Of a stretch of DNA of 45,298 nucleotides, positions 33,705-40,915 are shown in pieces. Positions within the stretch are counted from its first letter, which is position 1. Every line of letters begins with the position of its first letter. A program made the position numbers and the translations under genes. Below the pieces are notes generated by a model. The model searched no databases. It worked only from the letters and a program-made list of their open reading frames with translations, and was not told the DNA's origin. The stretch comes from an uncultured Acidobacteriota bacterium (GTDB lineage: Bacteria; Acidobacteriota; HRBIN11): assembly GCA_964541595.1 (NCBI GenBank), contig CAZIRO010000003.1, positions 1-45,298 on the forward strand. The letters are read 5' to 3'.

Positions 33705-34204
33705 GCACCATCGGACAGATCGTCGGATTCCTGAAGCATCTGCAGGGCTTGGAGCACCTCCGCTGCATGTCCGGGGACACGAACTTTCCGCCACACCGCG
33801 CGTATCCGGCCCGCGGGATCGATGAGAAACGTGGCACGTTCCATACCCCAGGATGTGCGTCCGTACAGGCGTTTCTGCACCCATACACCGTATTTTCGCG
33901 CAATGTCACCTTCAGGATCGGAAACCAGCGGAAAGGGCAATGCATATTTTTCCGCAAACCGCGCGTGACGAGACAGCGAATCCCGGCTCACGCCAATGAT
34001 CGCAGCGCGCATCCGACGAAACGCATCATACAGGTCACGAAACTGAACGGCCTCGTTCGTACACCCGCGTGTCATGTCCCGCGGGTAGAAGTAAAGCACC
34101 ACATACTGTCCCCGGAAATCGGAGAGGCGCAGGATACGCTCCCCGGGATGTGCCGGTGCGGCAAAATCGGGTGCGATATCACGCGTCCAGGTCCACGCTC
34201 CCAT
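33701..34204 (-). CDS. bcp: Peroxiredoxin, Bcp/PrxQ type
   Basis: APDFAAP…VVLYFYPRDMTRGCTNEAVQFRD is the canonical Bcp active-site context. Confidence 0.9.
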   Translation of the reverse strand: MGAWTWTRDIAPDFAAPAHPGERILRLSDFRGQYVVLYFYPRDMTRGCTNEAVQFRDLYDAFRRMRAAIIGVSRDSLSRHARFAEKYALPFPLVSDPEGDIARKYGVWVQKRLYGRTSWGMERATFLIDPAGRIRAVWRKVRVPGHAAEVLQALQMLQESDDLSDGA

Positions 34205-34216
34205 TGTTTCGACTCC

Positions 34217-35107
34217 TCACGTGCCGTCCGGTGTCTGGACGTACAGTACACCGTTCGGGAGATCAATACGCAACACGCCGGACCGGGAAGGGGGAACGTC
34301 TGGATTACGCAGATGATACTGGACCCGCAATTCGTACACATATGGCCCAACAATGCGCCACCGCTGTTCCCGAACACGTATCCGACGGTCATGCGGGAAC
34401 CAGACCAACCCGCGTATGGATTTGCCGATCCAATGGACCTGAAAGATTACGGAATCTTCCGTTGTGGCGACACGTTTCAGTTGTCCCGGAAACTCCTGAA
34501 GTGTGCGCGGACGACGGTGGGCAAATCGATCCCACAGTGAAACCTCCGGCGAAGACCGTGCCCGCAGGCGTACGGGCAATGCCAGTGTGACCTCGGCCTT
34601 TCCGGGAATGCATACGCGCGCACATTGCAACCACTGCACCACTCCCCGGATGCGTACCCGGGTGCCCGGTCGTGCATGGGACGGCACGTGTACGGTTCGC
34701 CAGATCAGGACCTCCCGGTCATATCCATACGTGCGCAGTCCACCCGGATCGGTGAACTCCTGCGGGCCCGGCCAGATCCATGGACCGGCACGCCACCCGT
34801 TCGGGAGGCTGACCCGTATCCGTGTGGGCAAACCGGATTCGCCGCTGTTGCGCCAGTATATATGCCAGCCGTCCGGAATGCGGAACCAGACCCCGAGACG
34901 CAGTGAGGATCCGGGCACGGCGGCCGTCTGGTCTGCCACAAGTGCAGCGCGCACACGGGGAGATGCAGACCATCCAGCGGGCAATGCAACAGCAGCCGCA
35001 ATCCATCCGAAAATCAGGGCATACCGGAAGACCGCAACAAAAATCACGTCAGCCCGCTGACGCAGAATCGTCGCCGTTCGTGGATTCCATCGGCGGTGGC
35101 GTTTCAT
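34217..35107 (-). CDS. Exported protein with a DsbD/ScsB N-terminal-like (thiol:disulfide interchange) domain
   Basis: …LRLGVWFRIPDGWHIYWRNSGESGLPTRIRVSLPNGWRAGPWIWPGP… matches the DsbD N-terminal-type pattern as I recall it. The start is ambiguous: ATG 35107 overlaps zapA, and GTG 35047 lies 1 nt after the zapA stop. Confidence 0.6.
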   Translation of the reverse strand: MKRHRRWNPRTATILRQRADVIFVAVFRYALIFGWIAAAVALPAGWSASPRVRAALVADQTAAVPGSSLRLGVWFRIPDGWHIYWRNSGESGLPTRIRVSLPNGWRAGPWIWPGPQEFTDPGGLRTYGYDREVLIWRTVHVPSHARPGTRVRIRGVVQWLQCARVCIPGKAEVTLALPVRLRARSSPEVSLWDRFAHRRPRTLQEFPGQLKRVATTEDSVIFQVHWIGKSIRGLVWFPHDRRIRVREQRWRIVGPYVYELRVQYHLRNPDVPPSRSGVLRIDLPNGVLYVQTPDGT

Positions 35108-35423
35108 CCGCCACATTCGGTTCATCCGCACTCGAAGTGAGGATGTCCACACGACCTTCCTCGCCCAGACAGGCTTCCAGTTCCTGCAGGATATTGCCCG
35201 CCGTTTGCGATAACGCCCGGTAGGTCTGACGGGTTTCGTATAATTCCAGCGCCAGGTTGAGTGCAGTGATCAGCAATACGTGTAAACGATTGGTTTCACG
35301 TGTGAGTTCCATGATCTGACGCGCCCGTGTCTCCACATCCCGCACGATCTGCATGAGGACGTCACGGGGAATATTCGTGCGCAAATGCAATGTTGTGCCG
35401 AGCACCTGAACGCGAACGGCCAT
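35049..35423 (-). CDS. zapA: Cell division protein ZapA
   Basis: VQVLGTTLHLRTNIP…LLITALNLALELYE shows the ZapA fold pattern. The size fits, and it follows a ZapB-like coiled-coil gene. Confidence 0.75.
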   Translation of the reverse strand: MAVRVQVLGTTLHLRTNIPRDVLMQIVRDVETRARQIMELTRETNRLHVLLITALNLALELYETRQTYRALSQTAGNILQELEACLGEEGRVDILTSSADEPNVADETPPPMESTNGDDSASAG

Positions 35424-35483
35424 GGGATCTCCGTGACTCGATAGTGTTCCGGACGATCAGCGGTTTGCGATGGTCCCTGGCCC

Positions 35484-35756
35484 TTATGATTCCAGTTCCA
35501 GACTCTCGAGTTCGGCAATGAGATCGCTCACCTGCATGCGGATGGCCTGGCGTTCGGCTTCAAGTTGATCCAGTGCGACCCGTAATCGCCGGTTCTCGGC
35601 TTCCAGCGTTGTCAGCCGGTCTTCAACCTCGCGCAGCCGTTCATGTAACATGCGATTTTCTTCTTCCAGTTGACGATGCTTGCGGATCAACCGCCGGACA
35701 TATTCCAAAAGACGTGTGAGCGTCTGTTCCTCTTGCGCCACGGCGTTTCCCGTCAT
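35484..35756 (-). CDS. ZapB-like coiled-coil protein
   Basis: A 90-aa Leu/Glu/Arg heptad coiled coil (…HRQLEEENRMLHERLREVEDRLTTLEAENRRLRVALDQLEAE…). ATG 35756 is preceded by gggag. The track start is GTG 35819. Confidence 0.55.
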   Translation of the reverse strand: MTGNAVAQEEQTLTRLLEYVRRLIRKHRQLEEENRMLHERLREVEDRLTTLEAENRRLRVALDQLEAERQAIRMQVSDLIAELESLELES

Positions 35757-35911
35757 TCCGGCTCCCATGTCTCTTGCGGTTTCGGTTGCATCAAAAACGT
35801 ACGTGCGGTTTTTGCCCACAGCCAGGAAAACCCGTGGATGGCGCGGGTGAAACAGGTCGCCTCACCTGCGCCATCCGAAAACCGTGTCCCCGCCCCCAGT
35901 CTCCCGCACAA

Positions 35912-35940
35912 TTGCGTTCTGAATGGAATGATTCTATTAT
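35912..35940 (+). promoter_or_regulatory. Putative sigma70-type promoter for the mglA-like gene (TTGCGT-17 nt-TATTAT)
   Basis: The hexamers and spacing were read directly. It lies about 100 nt upstream of ATG 36040. Confidence 0.4.
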
Positions 35941-36039
35941 AAAGTAGGATTCCGTTCAAATCGAGACCCACCGGCGGATCAGCACACACGGGTCTACGGA
36001 TACGGAACTCCGGACATCCCGGGTTCAAGGGGGCTTTTG

Positions 36040-37290
36040 ATGGTATTTATTCACACCGCAACGCGCCAGATGGTCGCTAAAATCGTGTATTACGGCCCGG
36101 GATTGAGCGGAAAAACCACAAACCTCGAATGGATATACCGACATACACACCCCCGATCCCGGGGTGAAATGGTTTCCCTGGAGACAGAGGCGGACCGTAC
36201 ACTGTTTTTTGACCTGCTGCCCCTGGAAGTGGGTATGATCTCCGGGTTCCGGACCCGGTTTCAGTTGTACACGGTACCGGGACAGGTATTTTACAACAGC
36301 ACACGAAAACTCGTCCTGCGGGGCGTGGACGGATTGGTCTTTGTGGCGGATTCACAGCGCCCGATGATGGAAGCCAATATCGAAAGTTTACAGAACATGC
36401 GGGACAATCTGCGTGCCCTGGAAATCGATCCGGACACCGTACCCCTTGTGTTTCAATACAATAAACGGGACCTGCACAATGTCGAAGATGTAGAAACGCT
36501 GAACCGGGTATTGAATCCGCGCCAGTTTCCCTATTTTGAAGCGATCGCCATTCAGGGTGTTGGCGTATTTGAAACCCTGAAGGCGATTGCAAAATTAACA
36601 CTTGTCTCAGTACGAAAACGCCTGGAGGAACATACGCAAACGGCACGCACCACGGTGCCCCTGCGTCCGTCCCCATCTCATTCGCAAACGCCATCACCGA
36701 AGTTCATCCCACCGCCTCCCGAGCCATCCACCGGATCGGCGGGCGCCGGTGCGCTGTCCCTCTCGCCACAGGCGTCCCCGGCACTGACGCCCGCAGCGCT
36801 CGTTCAGGAAGCCGAACGGGAACGCGTTGAGTTTGCTCCGGCCGAGTCCACCGCGTCCACAGAAACGTTTGTGGTCAAAAAAGTCGCCGTTCCCTCGATC
36901 ACCGATATCGAAAAAGAACTGGAACGGCTGCGCGCGGCCGCGCTCTCGCGCCCGTCTCCGGAAGGAGGAGCACAGCGTCGGCACGTGCGCGACGCCACGG
37001 ACCGCCTGGAAGAACTCATACAGAACGCTGTTCTGCCGCGACCCGTTCCCACTGTAAAAAAACAGGTGAAGATCCGTTTGCACCCGTCGGACATTGCACA
37101 GTTCCGGGATCTCTGGATCGATCTGGAACTGCACGGATCGGAAACGTCCAAACGGTTCACGCGGGTATTGAAGGTCGCCATCCCCGACCAGCGTGGGCAG
37201 CGAAAGGTACGGTTGATCCTTGAACTCGAACTGATACCCAAACCCGGGGATGGTCGACGTGATGCATCGCAGGATCATCGAGAGGAGTGA
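36040..37290 (+). CDS. MglA-family Ras-like GTPase fused to a C-terminal extension of about 220 aa
   Basis: The P-loop is KIVYYGPGLSGKTTN. The MglA-specific switch II is YTVPGQ, where Ras has DxxGQ. The G4 box is QYNKRDL. After residue ~195 comes a Pro/Ser-rich linker and then a small beta-rich domain. Confidence 0.85.
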   Translation: MVFIHTATRQMVAKIVYYGPGLSGKTTNLEWIYRHTHPRSRGEMVSLETEADRTLFFDLLPLEVGMISGFRTRFQLYTVPGQVFYNSTRKLVLRGVDGLVFVADSQRPMMEANIESLQNMRDNLRALEIDPDTVPLVFQYNKRDLHNVEDVETLNRVLNPRQFPYFEAIAIQGVGVFETLKAIAKLTLVSVRKRLEEHTQTARTTVPLRPSPSHSQTPSPKFIPPPPEPSTGSAGAGALSLSPQASPALTPAALVQEAERERVEFAPAESTASTETFVVKKVAVPSITDIEKELERLRAAALSRPSPEGGAQRRHVRDATDRLEELIQNAVLPRPVPTVKKQVKIRLHPSDIAQFRDLWIDLELHGSETSKRFTRVLKVAIPDQRGQRKVRLILELELIPKPGDGRRDASQDHREE

Positions 37291-38318
37291 CGTTCGGGAG
37301 GGACAGGGTGCACACCGGCCGTACCGGGTGGGTTCTCCTGCTGGCCAGTGTGTTGATCTACGGGGTGGTACACATTTACAGTCCGCGTGTGCTGGCAACA
37401 TGGAATGCACTGCGGTATTTCGACCCGCATCGTCCGGATAGTTCGGTTTTGCCGGTCGGCAAACACACACTCACGATACAACACGCATATTCCACGGACC
37501 TCTGGTTTCCGACGATACCGACCTACCGACGTGCCTGCATGGTGGTCGTGCACGGCCTGACACCGGACGGACGGCACGATCCCCGTTTGCAGGAACTCGC
37601 CCGATGGATCGCCTGGCTGGGTGTGTCCGTATACGTTCCGCACGTCGAGGAACTCGCGCAATTCCGACTGGATCCCGCCATCTTCCGGCGACTGCGCAGG
37701 GTCTATGCACGGGCGGATCGGGATTGCGACGCCTGGGTGCTGCTCGGGATCAGCGTGGGTGGTGGTCCGGCGCTTCGGACCGTATGGATGTTTCCGCAGT
37801 GGCGCCATTTGACCGGCATCGTGCTCGTCGGTACTTATGCAGACGCCTGTCGGATGATCATGATCGGCATCCTGGGAACGCGGGAACACCCCGGTCCGAA
37901 TCCGGCTGTCCGGAATCGATTACAGGCTGCCCTGCGCATGTGGGGGGATCAGCACGGGTGGACGCCGTCTGAAATCTCGAACAGCCTTCGCACATTGCAC
38001 CGGGCATCCCGGGAAGCCGACGTCCGCAAGTGGTGTGCGACAGTACCCGCGGATTTGCGCCATTTCCTGCGTGCTCTGTCACCCGCACGGGACGTCCCGG
38101 ACACCTGGCCCACGCCGATATGGATCCTGCACAGCCCGGACGACCCCTTCATTCCCGTATACGAAGGCCGCCACCTGTTCGAGTCCTTACGCCATCTTCA
38201 CACCCAATGGGTTCTTCTGCCCGCATTCCGCCATGTGGAGAGTATACGCACGTTGTCCTGGCAGACGCGATGGAAACTGCTGTGGACGACCTGGTCAATC
38301 TTTCGGCGTCTGCTGTGA
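37287..38318 (+). CDS. Membrane-anchored alpha/beta-hydrolase-fold protein
   Basis: An N-terminal TM helix, VVVHGLTPDG, a nucleophile-elbow-like GISVGG, and HSPDDPFIP near the C-terminus. The GTG start overlaps the mglA-like stop as GTGA. Confidence 0.6.
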   Translation: MTFGRDRVHTGRTGWVLLLASVLIYGVVHIYSPRVLATWNALRYFDPHRPDSSVLPVGKHTLTIQHAYSTDLWFPTIPTYRRACMVVVHGLTPDGRHDPRLQELARWIAWLGVSVYVPHVEELAQFRLDPAIFRRLRRVYARADRDCDAWVLLGISVGGGPALRTVWMFPQWRHLTGIVLVGTYADACRMIMIGILGTREHPGPNPAVRNRLQAALRMWGDQHGWTPSEISNSLRTLHRASREADVRKWCATVPADLRHFLRALSPARDVPDTWPTPIWILHSPDDPFIPVYEGRHLFESLRHLHTQWVLLPAFRHVESIRTLSWQTRWKLLWTTWSIFRRLL

Positions 38319-38350
38319 ACGACACACGCACGGGAAAAACATACAGGTGA

Positions 38351-38638
38351 CTATTCTTTAGTAAAAATCAACTGCTTGATCGCGTGTTTGTATACAATAC
38401 GAATCTCGTCGCGCAGTAAAACGGTAATGGTGAACTGATCCTCCCGGAGCAGCACCACCTGCAGGGTTTCGCCGGACATCATCTCCAGCAGAATGGGCTT
38501 GCGGGTGTCGATAGCCTGGCGGACCAGACTGTGGAATCCGAATTGCGGGTTTCCGGCTGCCGGATAGCCCCCAGGTGGTCGAAACACCTTCTTCTGGGCG
38601 GGACGCTTACCACCCCCTGGTCCCGTTGGCTGTGCCAT
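38351..38638 (-). CDS. hfq: Hfq-like Sm-fold RNA chaperone with a Gly/Pro-rich N-terminal extension
   Basis: The Sm2-like motif IVYKHAIKQL (compare YKHAIS in Hfq) is preceded by a segment LLEMMSGETLQVVLLREDQFTITVL, resembling the Sm1 strand. RBS gggagggg. Confidence 0.7.
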   Translation of the reverse strand: MAQPTGPGGGKRPAQKKVFRPPGGYPAAGNPQFGFHSLVRQAIDTRKPILLEMMSGETLQVVLLREDQFTITVLLRDEIRIVYKHAIKQLIFTKE

Positions 38639-38691
38639 GCAACCCCTCCCATGCAGTACACCACTGCATGCTGGTATGTGCAGATCAGCAA

Positions 38692-38720
38692 AGTATATTT
38701 CTCTGCTTTCGATTTGTCAA
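38692..38720 (-). promoter_or_regulatory. Putative sigma70-type promoter for hfq (TTGACA-17 nt-TATACT)
   Basis: A perfect -35 and a 5/6 match at -10 with a 17-nt spacer on the minus strand. The 5' UTR contains the hairpin atgcagtacaccactgcat. Confidence 0.6.
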
Positions 38721-38735
38721 AGATTCTTTGGTGAA

Positions 38736-38899
38736 ATCGGGACGGGAAATGGGACATGAGAACCACAGGATCCACAGGTGTGCCGGTAGCCACCGGTCTC
38801 AGGTCCCGGGTGTCGGGTCTCAGAAAGACCAGCATCTCATGGGCTGGGGATAGTGCATGACCGCATGGGGACCCACGGTGTCCCATTTCCTGTCCCGAT
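38736..38899 (-). repeat. TIR-bounded intergenic repeat, copy 4a (short version, reverse orientation)
   Basis: It has 21-nt TIRs matching 20/21: atcgggacgggaaatgggaca (38736-38756) against the reverse complement of 38879-38899. The interior is collinear with copy 1a but holds only about 4 heptamers. Confidence 0.85.
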
Positions 38900-38915
38900 T
38901 TCAGTTCATTCGCGG

Positions 38916-39050
38916 GATCGGGACAGGGGATGCACCCCCACGGGTGCCCTATCGGCCATGCGCTATCCCCGACCCATAAGATGCCCGTCTCCGGTCTCCC
39001 GTCTCCGGTCTCCCGTCTCCCGTCTTCCGTCTCCCATTCTCCATTACCGC
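38916..39050 (+). repeat. Partial repeat copy 4b (left half only) with an expanded GTCTCCS heptamer array
   Basis: gatcgggacaggggatgc…ggccatgcgctatcccc is homologous to the left half of copy 2. It is followed by 7 tandem heptamers, cgtctcc/ggtctcc (38986-39034). No right TIR is present. Confidence 0.7.
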
Positions 39051-39136
39051 TATCCTGCTGTGTTTTTGCGCCTGCATGATATATAATGGGTGACATATCA
39101 TGGAAAACCGCCACACCACTTCGGGGGGCGATTTCG

Positions 39137-39937
39137 ATGCAGAAACGTCGCATTCCGGAATCCGTCGGTTTTGACATTGCCATTCCTCGAACGACCGTCG
39201 TATTCTTACACGCGTTTCCGATGAACCGCTGGATGTGGCAACCCCAGATCGCATATCTCACAGCCTCGGGAGTACCCACGGTCGTGGTGGATTACCCGGG
39301 GTTCGGCGCCACGCCACCGTTCAACTTCCCTCCCACAATGACGGATTATGCGCAATATATCCGCGCCATACTGGACGAACTGCGCATTCCGAAAGCCGTC
39401 TTTGTGGGCCTCAGTATGGGAGGGTATGTGGCGTTTGCGCTATATCGAATCCTGCCCGAACGATTTGCAGGACTCGTCCTGGCCAATACGCGTGCATCGG
39501 CGGATACGGAAGAGACCCGCAAGCGACGCATGCAGATGATCGCGGATGTCCGACGGGCGCGTTCACCGGAACCGGTCATCGCCGCACACCTTGACCGATT
39601 TCTGACCGCATCGACACGGCAAACACGTCCCCAACTGGTCGAAACCGTGCGGGATCTGATGCAGCGAGCCTCGCCGATGGGTATCATTCAGGCACTCTGG
39701 GCGATGGCCGATCGACCGGATGCCACCCCACTGCTCGAGGAGTTCCCCTTTCCGGTTCTCGTCATTGCGGGCGCACAGGATCCGCTCACGCCGCCGGACG
39801 CAATGCGGGAAATGGCGCATCGCATCCGCGATGCGGAATTCGTATCCATTGCGGATGCCGCGCACCTGTCGAATATGGAACAGCCGGACGCGTTCAATGA
39901 TGCGCTTCTGCGGTATTTACAGCGCATCGGATGGTGA
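39137..39937 (+). CDS. Alpha/beta hydrolase (3-oxoadipate enol-lactonase-like)
   Basis: VVFLHAFPMN…, the nucleophile elbow GLSMGG, and …AGAQDPLTPP…AAHLSNMEQP. The start was moved to ATG 39137 because the track ATG 39086 lies inside a perfect TATAAT box (39082-39087). Confidence 0.8.
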   Translation: MQKRRIPESVGFDIAIPRTTVVFLHAFPMNRWMWQPQIAYLTASGVPTVVVDYPGFGATPPFNFPPTMTDYAQYIRAILDELRIPKAVFVGLSMGGYVAFALYRILPERFAGLVLANTRASADTEETRKRRMQMIADVRRARSPEPVIAAHLDRFLTASTRQTRPQLVETVRDLMQRASPMGIIQALWAMADRPDATPLLEEFPFPVLVIAGAQDPLTPPDAMREMAHRIRDAEFVSIADAAHLSNMEQPDAFNDALLRYLQRIGW

Positions 39938-40040
39938 GGGAATGGGCATGGTGCGTTCCCGAAGCGAAGTGACGAGAGAAAAGGTACCGCAGTGACCTGT
40001 GTTATCCTGTCACATTCCGGCACTTTTTGCGCCAATTCAT

Positions 40041-40069
40041 TTGAGCAACCACCGCTGAATGGGTATGAT
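40041..40069 (+). promoter_or_regulatory. Putative sigma70-type promoter for ispD (TTGAGC-17 nt-TATGAT)
   Basis: The hexamers and spacer were read directly. It lies about 50 nt upstream of ATG 40119. Confidence 0.4.
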
Positions 40070-40118
40070 GCATATTCGAAATCCGCAATCCGGCATCCGC
40101 AATCGCGCATCGCTGCCC

Positions 40119-40841
40119 ATGTCGGTGCACGGGATCATCGTTGCCGCCGGTCAGGGACGTCGGCTCGGCGGGGCACAACCCAAAGCATGGGTCCCGCTCG
40201 TCGGCCAGCCCATGCTGGTATGGACGTGCCGGGCACTCGCGGAATGGCCGAACTGGACGTCCTGGGTCATCGTATATCCCCCATACACCTCGACCGCCGC
40301 ACGGGAAGCCATTGCGTGCAGGTTTACCCCGCCGTGTCGCACGCAATGGGTGGCGGGGGGTCCCGAACGAACGGACAGTGTGCGTCTGGGGATACGCGCC
40401 CTTGCCGATCAACCGGATGACGCCGTTGTCCTGATCCACGATGCCGCCCGCCCGAACGTGTCCCCCGCGTTGATCCAGCGGGTGGTTGCCACGATCGCGC
40501 AGGGCAGCGTAGCCGTCGTGCCGGTGGTCCCCGTCACGGACACGATCAAATCCGTCACCGACACCGGTCAGGTCGAATATACCCTGGACCGTCGTCACCT
40601 GGTGGCCGTCCAGACCCCCCAGGCGTTCCGTCTGGGGGTGTTGCGCACGGCATTCGCACGTGCCGGAAATGCGGGGACATTCCCGGACGACGCAGCACTG
40701 GTTGAACACGCCGGGTATCCGGTCGATACGGTGGAGGGCGACCGATGGAATGTGAAGATCACCTACCCGGAGGACTTACCGGTCGCAGCGTATCTCATCC
40801 GGAAGCGATGGCAATGGACAGAAGCCGGAGAACCGGAGTGA
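40119..40841 (+). CDS. ispD: 2-C-methyl-D-erythritol 4-phosphate cytidylyltransferase
   Basis: IIVAAGQGRRLG…PKAW…, VLIHDAARPNV and PVTDTIK are canonical IspD motifs. The start was set to ATG 40119. Confidence 0.9.
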   Translation: MSVHGIIVAAGQGRRLGGAQPKAWVPLVGQPMLVWTCRALAEWPNWTSWVIVYPPYTSTAAREAIACRFTPPCRTQWVAGGPERTDSVRLGIRALADQPDDAVVLIHDAARPNVSPALIQRVVATIAQGSVAVVPVVPVTDTIKSVTDTGQVEYTLDRRHLVAVQTPQAFRLGVLRTAFARAGNAGTFPDDAALVEHAGYPVDTVEGDRWNVKITYPEDLPVAAYLIRKRWQWTEAGEPE

Positions 40842-40915
40842 ACGGCACCTGCACTGCTCATGCGGGCCGCGCTACACGACCGTTCACCCCGTTCCCCGGG
40901 ACGTGGGGTCAACCG

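Noticed and set aside
35820-36036. Searched for a 6S RNA or other sRNA near zapA/zapB, including the 9-bp hairpin ggatggcgc…gcgccatcc
   Set aside because: The hairpin sits in the divergent promoter region upstream of zapB, with only a short T-run on the minus strand. There is no 6S-like extended structure and no space downstream of zapA. No call was made.
36694-37470. A 258-aa minus-strand ORF opposite the C-terminal extension of the MglA-like gene. I considered this in case the extension was an artefact.
   Set aside because: The + frame has a sensible linker-plus-domain composition and is coupled by GTGA to the next gene. The minus-strand ORF is Arg/Cys/Pro-rich, which is the shadow-ORF pattern.
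38986-39034. Tandem arrays considered as possible CRISPR (also 25010-25090 and 2257-2320)
   Set aside because: The period is only 7 bp, there are no unique spacers and no cas genes. These are microsatellite-like tracts inside the repeat family.
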